From Theionarchaea archaeon (GTDB lineage: Archaea > Methanobacteriota_B > Thermococci > Methanofastidiosales > SZ-28-30), in contig JACVGT010000013.1 of the NCBI GenBank assembly GCA_018992685.1, forward strand, positions 32,001 to 96,000: 64,000 bases of DNA, read 5' to 3'. A model generated the notes under the pieces. The model was not told the origin of the DNA and did no database searches. It saw nothing but the letters and a program-made list of their open reading frames with translations. Numbering within the stretch: the stretch's first letter is position 1; each line of letters starts with the position of its first letter. The position numbers were made by a program, and so were the translations under genes. Below, in pieces: positions 58,712 to 64,000 of the stretch.

Positions 58712-60043
58712 ATGAACTTCAGACTCATCGGAAACCTGAAGCCCATTCAGTTCTTGGTTGCAGGATATGTCGTGATCATCTGCATTGGTTCTCTCCTGTT
58801 GGATTTGCCCGCTGCTTCCTCTTCAGGTACATCCCAGGACTATGTGGATGCACTGTTCACTGCCACCTCGGCAGTTTCTACTACAGGACTGGTGGTGGTG
58901 GACACAGGCACATTCTACTCAGGATTCGGACAATCTATTATTCTGCTCCTGTTCCAGATTGGAGGGCTTGGATATATGGTGTTTGTGGTGGTTATGGTAT
59001 ATGCAGTGGGTAGAAAACCATCTCTCACCAGTGCCGTTACACTGCAGCAGTCACTCTCTGGAGTCACGCTGGGGAATATGAAACAGTATCTCAAAGCAGT
59101 CCTTGCATTTACACTACTCTTTGAAGGGCTGGGAGCACTGGTTCTCAGTGTGTACTGGATGGATCAGTTTACCCTGTCAGAGTCAGTCTTCTTGGGAGTC
59201 TTCCATTCAGTATCGGCATTCTGTACATCAGGGTTTTCAACATTCTCTGACAGCTTCAGCTCGTACCAGACCAGTGTTTTCATGAATGTGGTGCTCAGCA
59301 TTCTATGTATTGGAGGCGGAATTGGGTTTATTGTACTCTCTGATCTGCAGAATCTGGTGAGAAAGAAGATCTCGGGCGTGAAACCCTGCAGGCTATCGCT
59401 CCACAGCAAGCTCTCACTGTTGATTTCTGCGGTCTTGATGGTGGCAGGAGCCTTGGTGCTGATCAGTTCAGAGTCTGATATTCCTCTGCCGGGGAGAGTG
59501 CTGTCCTCTGCATTCCAGTCAATTTCAGCCTCCAGCACCACAGGATTCAATACGGTAGATATCGGGGCAATGAGTGCAAGCAGTCTGTTCATGTTGGTTA
59601 TCCTGATGGTAATTGGGGCTTCCCCCGGGGGAAGTGGAGGGGGAATCAAGGTTACGGCCCTCGGCTCCATGATGCTTTCGGTGTGGGCTCTCTTGAGAGG
59701 AAGAAGAGAGGTCAATGCCTTTGGGTGGCAGATCCCTGAGGAAACAGTGCGAAGATCTTTTGCTGTGGCTTCACTGGTTGCGGTGTGGGTGGTTCTGGTG
59801 ACCCTGATTCTTTCAGCTACAGAAGAGGGTACCTTCTTGCAGATACTCTTTGAAGTGGTATCCGCTGTAGGGACAGTGGGGCTTACCACAGGGCTAACCC
59901 CTCTGCTCACGTCTCTGGGGAAAGTTCTGATCATGGCCACCATGTTGATAGGACGGGTGGGCCCTCTCACCATCGCGTTTATGGTATTGGGGGAGGAAAA
60001 GGTGTCTTTTGAGCATGCAGAAGGAGACATATTCATTGGATAA
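58712..60043 (+). CDS. ktrB: KtrB-type potassium uptake membrane protein
   Basis: DALFTATSAVSTTGL, QIGGLG, GASPGGSGGGIK, GTVGL, GRVGPLT. Confidence 0.9.
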   Translation: MNFRLIGNLKPIQFLVAGYVVIICIGSLLLDLPAASSSGTSQDYVDALFTATSAVSTTGLVVVDTGTFYSGFGQSIILLLFQIGGLGYMVFVVVMVYAVGRKPSLTSAVTLQQSLSGVTLGNMKQYLKAVLAFTLLFEGLGALVLSVYWMDQFTLSESVFLGVFHSVSAFCTSGFSTFSDSFSSYQTSVFMNVVLSILCIGGGIGFIVLSDLQNLVRKKISGVKPCRLSLHSKLSLLISAVLMVAGALVLISSESDIPLPGRVLSSAFQSISASSTTGFNTVDIGAMSASSLFMLVILMVIGASPGGSGGGIKVTALGSMMLSVWALLRGRREVNAFGWQIPEETVRRSFAVASLVAVWVVLVTLILSATEEGTFLQILFEVVSAVGTVGLTTGLTPLLTSLGKVLIMATMLIGRVGPLTIAFMVLGEEKVSFEHAEGDIFIG

Positions 60044-60054
60044 GAGGTGATGAG

Positions 60055-60705
60055 ATGAAGCAATTCGTTGTGATTGGACTGGGAAGTTTTGGAGTGAATC
60101 TGGCCATCGCCCTGACTGAAGAGGGACATGAAGTCCTAGTCATTGACGCAGACAGGAAGAAAGTCGAGGCCATCAAAGACAAAGTAACTCACGCAGTGAT
60201 TGGAGATGCTACTGATAAGCAGATCATGTCCGAGATTATTACGCCAGATACTGACACAGTCATTGTGGGGGTCAACGAAGGGATGGAAGCCAGTACCCTG
60301 GCAACGTTGTACCTCAAGGACGTGGGGGTCAAAGAAGTCATCGTGAAGGCAATCAGTGATGAGCATGTCAAGATATTGAAAGCTGTGGGGGCCACCGAGA
60401 TAATTTACCCAGAGAAAGATGTAGCATTGAGGCTGGCTGAAAGGTTGAGCACTCCAAACCTGATTGAACACCTCCCGCTGACTCCTGAGTACAGTATTGT
60501 GGAACTTACACCTCCTGAAGCCTTTCTGGGCAAGACCCTGCGTGGTCTCGATCTACGGAAAGAGTATGGAATTGTGGTAATTGCAGTAAAAGATATGCTC
60601 ACCAATACCTTCCACTTGATTCCCGGAGGGGATTTTGAAATCCGACCAGATACTGCCCTCATAATCATAGGAAAGAAGTCCGACATTGAAAGACTGGATG
60701 TGTAA
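60055..60705 (+). CDS. ktrA: KtrA-type RCK subunit
   Basis: MKQFVVIGLGSFG, YPEKD, LDLRKEYG. Confidence 0.9.
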   Translation: MKQFVVIGLGSFGVNLAIALTEEGHEVLVIDADRKKVEAIKDKVTHAVIGDATDKQIMSEIITPDTDTVIVGVNEGMEASTLATLYLKDVGVKEVIVKAISDEHVKILKAVGATEIIYPEKDVALRLAERLSTPNLIEHLPLTPEYSIVELTPPEAFLGKTLRGLDLRKEYGIVVIAVKDMLTNTFHLIPGGDFEIRPDTALIIIGKKSDIERLDV

Positions 60706-60711
60706 AGGTGG

Positions 60712-61257
60712 GTGAACCCGTTGGAAGTCGAAGTAAAAGCCAGGGTTTCTGCCCTGGAGAACGTGGAGGAGATGCTCTCAGCCATGGGAGCTTCATATGT
60801 CCACGAAGTCATTCAGCAAGATACCTATTTCAACCATCCCTGCAGGAACCTTGAAGCAACTGATGAGGCTGTCCGCATACGGGTCTCCAATAACTGCTCC
60901 TATCTAACGTACAAGGGAAGAAAGGTAGATCCTCAGAGCAAGACCCGAGACGAAATTGAGCTCCTTATTGACGACTCAAAGAAAGGAAGGAACATTCTCG
61001 AAAAGCTGGGCTTCACAGAGGTGGCCAGTGTGACCAAGACTCGAAGAGTATTTTCCCTCGATGAATTTTCAGTGTGCCTGGACATGGTAGACGGAGTGGG
61101 AACCTTTGTGGAAGTGGAAGCGCACATGAAGGAATGCCCTGAACCCATCCACTATGAAGCACTGCGTGACAAAGCGTTGGACCTCTTGGAAAAGATGCAC
61201 TTCACTGACCACGAACGAAGATCATATCTAGAATTACTTCTTGAACAGGGACAATAA
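60712..61257 (+). CDS. cyaB: CYTH-family (class IV adenylate cyclase-like) protein
   Basis: EVEVK, QQDTYF.HP, RIR, LTYKG, GTFVEVE, SYLELL. Confidence 0.88.
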   Translation: MNPLEVEVKARVSALENVEEMLSAMGASYVHEVIQQDTYFNHPCRNLEATDEAVRIRVSNNCSYLTYKGRKVDPQSKTRDEIELLIDDSKKGRNILEKLGFTEVASVTKTRRVFSLDEFSVCLDMVDGVGTFVEVEAHMKECPEPIHYEALRDKALDLLEKMHFTDHERRSYLELLLEQGQ

Positions 61258-61303
61258 ATGGTATCGGGTAAAGTCTTTTTAACGCTGAGTGTAAGAATCA
61301 AGT

Positions 61304-62254
61304 ATGTCCATCGAAGACGAGATCGAAATTCTGAGGCAGCAGCTTCCCAGTGTTCATTCGAATCCCCCTCACATTCTGAAAGCTGAGGAGAGTGACATTA
61401 TCTCTATTGTGGCAGCAGATAGACCAGATAAAGCAGTTGTCATTGGGCCTGGGGGATATATTGCAGGACACCTTGCCAAGAACCATGAGAAACCTCTCTC
61501 CATTACAGCCTATACTGATGAGATGATTAGAGACTTCAGAAAGACAGAATCTCAGCGGCTGCTCACCATTATGAAAACCAGGGTATCTGAAGAACAACAA
61601 AGAGTTCTTACTGTCTTGGACGGCCTTCTCACGGGGAATCAACCTGTTGACCACTCGCTCACTGTGGGTGTTGCTCTTTCCGGAGGAAGAGACAGCCTGG
61701 CCAGTGCAGTGCTTCTTCACAGAGTGGTCAATATCCTGGGATTGACCGTCTTCCCCTCTGACATAATACTTCCCCGCCATGAAAGAGAGTCACTTGACAG
61801 AGCTGTTGACACCTTGGGCATTGAGCACAGGTATGTGAAGGCAGATTTTTCAGACATCATTGACAGGACACTTGAAGGGCAGATTCATCCTTGTGGGCAC
61901 TGCCACCGGAAGACGTTCCACCTGCTGGTTGAGTGGTGCATTGAGCTTTCAATCTCCTCTTTGGTTCTGGGAGAACTGCTTCCCACGGGTTCTCAATCCC
62001 TCAGGTTAGTTCAGGGGATTCTCATCATCAACCTACCTGCCTTTCTGGCTTTGAACAAGAGAGATACAACAGACATCGCCTCGCAGATAAGAGAATATCC
62101 TGGATTTGCCCTGGGATGCCCACTGCTGAAGCATTCCCATCGCAGATTCCCTGCCATGAAAGTCGCTACTACCAAGAGAGTGTTCAGAGAAGTGCGGGCA
62201 GGAGTACTGGAACCAGGAGAAGCTCTCCAGTACGTGAAATCTATGTTGAAGTGA
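61304..62254 (+). CDS. KH-domain + PP-loop ATPase (COG1365-like)
   Basis: DRPDKAVVIGPGG, ALSGGRDS, HPCGHC, GCPLL, E.RAG.LEPGEAL. Confidence 0.8.
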   Translation: MSIEDEIEILRQQLPSVHSNPPHILKAEESDIISIVAADRPDKAVVIGPGGYIAGHLAKNHEKPLSITAYTDEMIRDFRKTESQRLLTIMKTRVSEEQQRVLTVLDGLLTGNQPVDHSLTVGVALSGGRDSLASAVLLHRVVNILGLTVFPSDIILPRHERESLDRAVDTLGIEHRYVKADFSDIIDRTLEGQIHPCGHCHRKTFHLLVEWCIELSISSLVLGELLPTGSQSLRLVQGILIINLPAFLALNKRDTTDIASQIREYPGFALGCPLLKHSHRRFPAMKVATTKRVFREVRAGVLEPGEALQYVKSMLK

Positions 62255-62267
62255 CGTTGTACTGAGC

Positions 62268-63044
62268 TCATGCCTTCAACAAGGTGAGCTTGCAGTCAAT
62301 CTTGCTGCAAATTCTCGAGAACACATAGTTGTAGAATGGAGAAGCAAGTCGGTTATCTTCTGAATGTCCTCTGTAGAATTGGAGAGGAAACTCATACAAA
62401 GGTGAAATCAGCAGAAATATTTGATAAAAACTGCTTCCGGCTTCTATTCCATCATATGGTTCCAGCTCAGCCTTTCCTCGAATGGAGAACTCTCCTTCTG
62501 TACGCTTTTCTATTTCCTCGCAAACGGCTTCAAATCCTGGTTCATCGAAAAGCTTGGAGACTGGAGCCAGATAGAAGGAAATCCCCAGGGTGCAGTACTC
62601 AAAGAGGTCTGTCTGAGAAATCAGATATCGCATGCAATCCAAAAGTCTGGTTCTGTTTTCTGTATAATCGGCGATTGTTCCATACCCTTCTGTCCATTCG
62701 GAAAGATCGCCTTCAAACCCAAATCGATGATTCGTTTCCTGTACTATGGCCTCGACTCGGGGTCTCAATCTCTCCGCTAGAGCAGAAATGTCATTTTCGG
62801 GCTCTTCCAGCTCTTCATCCCAGAGTTCCTCATCTGGCTGGGACACATCAAGGAGCAATTCCAGGCTGAAGCCTTGAGAGCTGTCCACATATGGAGAATT
62901 CAGAATTTTCCGGGCCAGAGTAGGAACTCTCCGGGAATCTGTTGGTATTCCATAGCACAGTTCGCTGGGATCAAACTCAGTGGTGGACCACCACTCGTCT
63001 TCCATATGCTCACTTATTGTGAGCTGATTAAAAACCTTTGGCAT
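62268..63044 (-). CDS. Acidic hypothetical protein
   Basis: Long ORF; start placed at ATG 63044 so it does not overlap the methyltransferase. Confidence 0.65.
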   Translation of the reverse strand: MPKVFNQLTISEHMEDEWWSTTEFDPSELCYGIPTDSRRVPTLARKILNSPYVDSSQGFSLELLLDVSQPDEELWDEELEEPENDISALAERLRPRVEAIVQETNHRFGFEGDLSEWTEGYGTIADYTENRTRLLDCMRYLISQTDLFEYCTLGISFYLAPVSKLFDEPGFEAVCEEIEKRTEGEFSIRGKAELEPYDGIEAGSSFYQIFLLISPLYEFPLQFYRGHSEDNRLASPFYNYVFSRICSKIDCKLTLLKA

Positions 63045-63134
63045 CTCTAGTTTTCGAAAGCCGCAGGTTGGAAGTCTGCAGGAGAACCGTGGGTGCCCAT
63101 GAAAAGAATTTAAGTTCCAGAAAATAGAAACAGC

Positions 63135-63635
63135 ATGGTCCTCAGAACTGTGAAAAAGCGCAGAGTGCAAGCAGACTATGACCGGACAGCAGCGTTCTAT
63201 GACAAAAGATATCTGGCCATCCAGTGGGAAAAATACTCTATTATGATGGACAGTCCACTGGAAGGATGTATCCTTGATTTGGGATGTGGAACAGGACTCT
63301 TGTCTGAGTACCTTCACAGACGATTGGTAGGAATAGACATCTCTTTCAACATGCTGGACAAAGCCAGAACTAGAGAGCATGTAATTCAAGCAGATATGGA
63401 TTTTCTGCCCTTTAGAGACGTTGTTTTCGACGCTGTGGTATCCTTCACCTCTCTACAGAATCTCTCAGACGTTGGCCCTGCATTAAAAGAAGTGAGACGG
63501 GTTCTCAAAAGGGGATCTCCTTTTATAGTAACCCTTCTAAACAAAGGTTCTTCAATCAAGAATGAAATTGAAACCTATTTCACCATTGTATCAGCAAGAC
63601 AATGTGGAGAAGACATTGGATTCATATGCACGTAA
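63135..63635 (+). CDS. Class I SAM-dependent methyltransferase
   Basis: ILDLGCGTG, GIDIS..ML, LPF.D..FD, EVRRVLK. Confidence 0.9.
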   Translation: MVLRTVKKRRVQADYDRTAAFYDKRYLAIQWEKYSIMMDSPLEGCILDLGCGTGLLSEYLHRRLVGIDISFNMLDKARTREHVIQADMDFLPFRDVVFDAVVSFTSLQNLSDVGPALKEVRRVLKRGSPFIVTLLNKGSSIKNEIETYFTIVSARQCGEDIGFICT

Positions 63636-63642
63636 AGCAAAG

Positions 63643-63752
63643 TGGGCCTGCTTGGAGCTTTCTCTCTTTCGAGAGTCTTTCCCTCTTTCCTTTTCAGGAT
63701 CGAGTTCCGCCGCATTGACACGAGGTCTTTGCCAGCTCTCCTTACAGACCCA
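63643..63752 (-). ncRNA. Candidate ~110-nt structured ncRNA
   Basis: BRE/TATA 63774-63788; 5'/3' ends pair; two GAAA tetraloop hairpins. Confidence 0.55.
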
Positions 63753-64000
63753 TCCTTTATTACAGGAACTTAATATATAAATCTTTCGGTTCAGTCGTGT
63801 TACATTAAACTATAGATAAAAAGAAATTTCCACTGGAATTGTATCTTGGATTGTTCCCTTCAAAATGAATGAACTTCTAAAATTCCTCCAAAATTTCGTA
63901 ATCTGCAAAACCATCATAAAATAACACCTTTTTTGCAAAAATAAATCCTTCCTTTCTGCATTTTTCGACGGTGGGTCGAATATCCCGATACGTTCTTGAC

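Noticed and set aside
59164-60129. Long antisense ORFs (also 43435-44316, 37584-38270, 62336-62869, 7042-7608)
   Set aside because: Shadows of well-supported genes on the opposite strand, with no motifs.
63643-63752. Glycine riboswitch or RNase P RNA
   Set aside because: Lacks the CCGAAG/CUCAGG core and the RNase P conserved regions.

Overview
This is an archaeal chromosomal window. The evidence is a TFB gene, BRE/TATA promoters, GGAGGTGA Shine-Dalgarno (SD) sites, DUF835, PurP and an archaemetzincin. It also carries a bacterial-type GyrA. The gene mix suggests a Thermococci-related anaerobe such as Theionarchaea, but that is inference. There are about 57 credible CDSs and no tRNA, rRNA, CRISPR array or intact mobile element. 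Notable coding content: a complete bacillithiol operon (bshC-bshB1-bshA) next to glmU/glmM, a LipS1/LipS2 lipoyl synthase pair with a GcvH-like carrier, acs with a DRTGG protein, four tandem CBS proteins, and divergent Trk and Ktr K+ systems. The least-explained signals are non-coding. (1) Two tandem, separately promoted ~100-nt hairpin RNAs at 29.1-29.5 kb display an identical anti-SD/anti-start-codon loop. (2) A riboswitch-like leader precedes a degenerate GH3 gene. (3) A stand-alone ~110-nt structured RNA lies at 63.7 kb. (4) A promoter-hairpin-mini-ORF unit lies at 51.2 kb. All family calls come from motif recognition by eye; no database searches were run.
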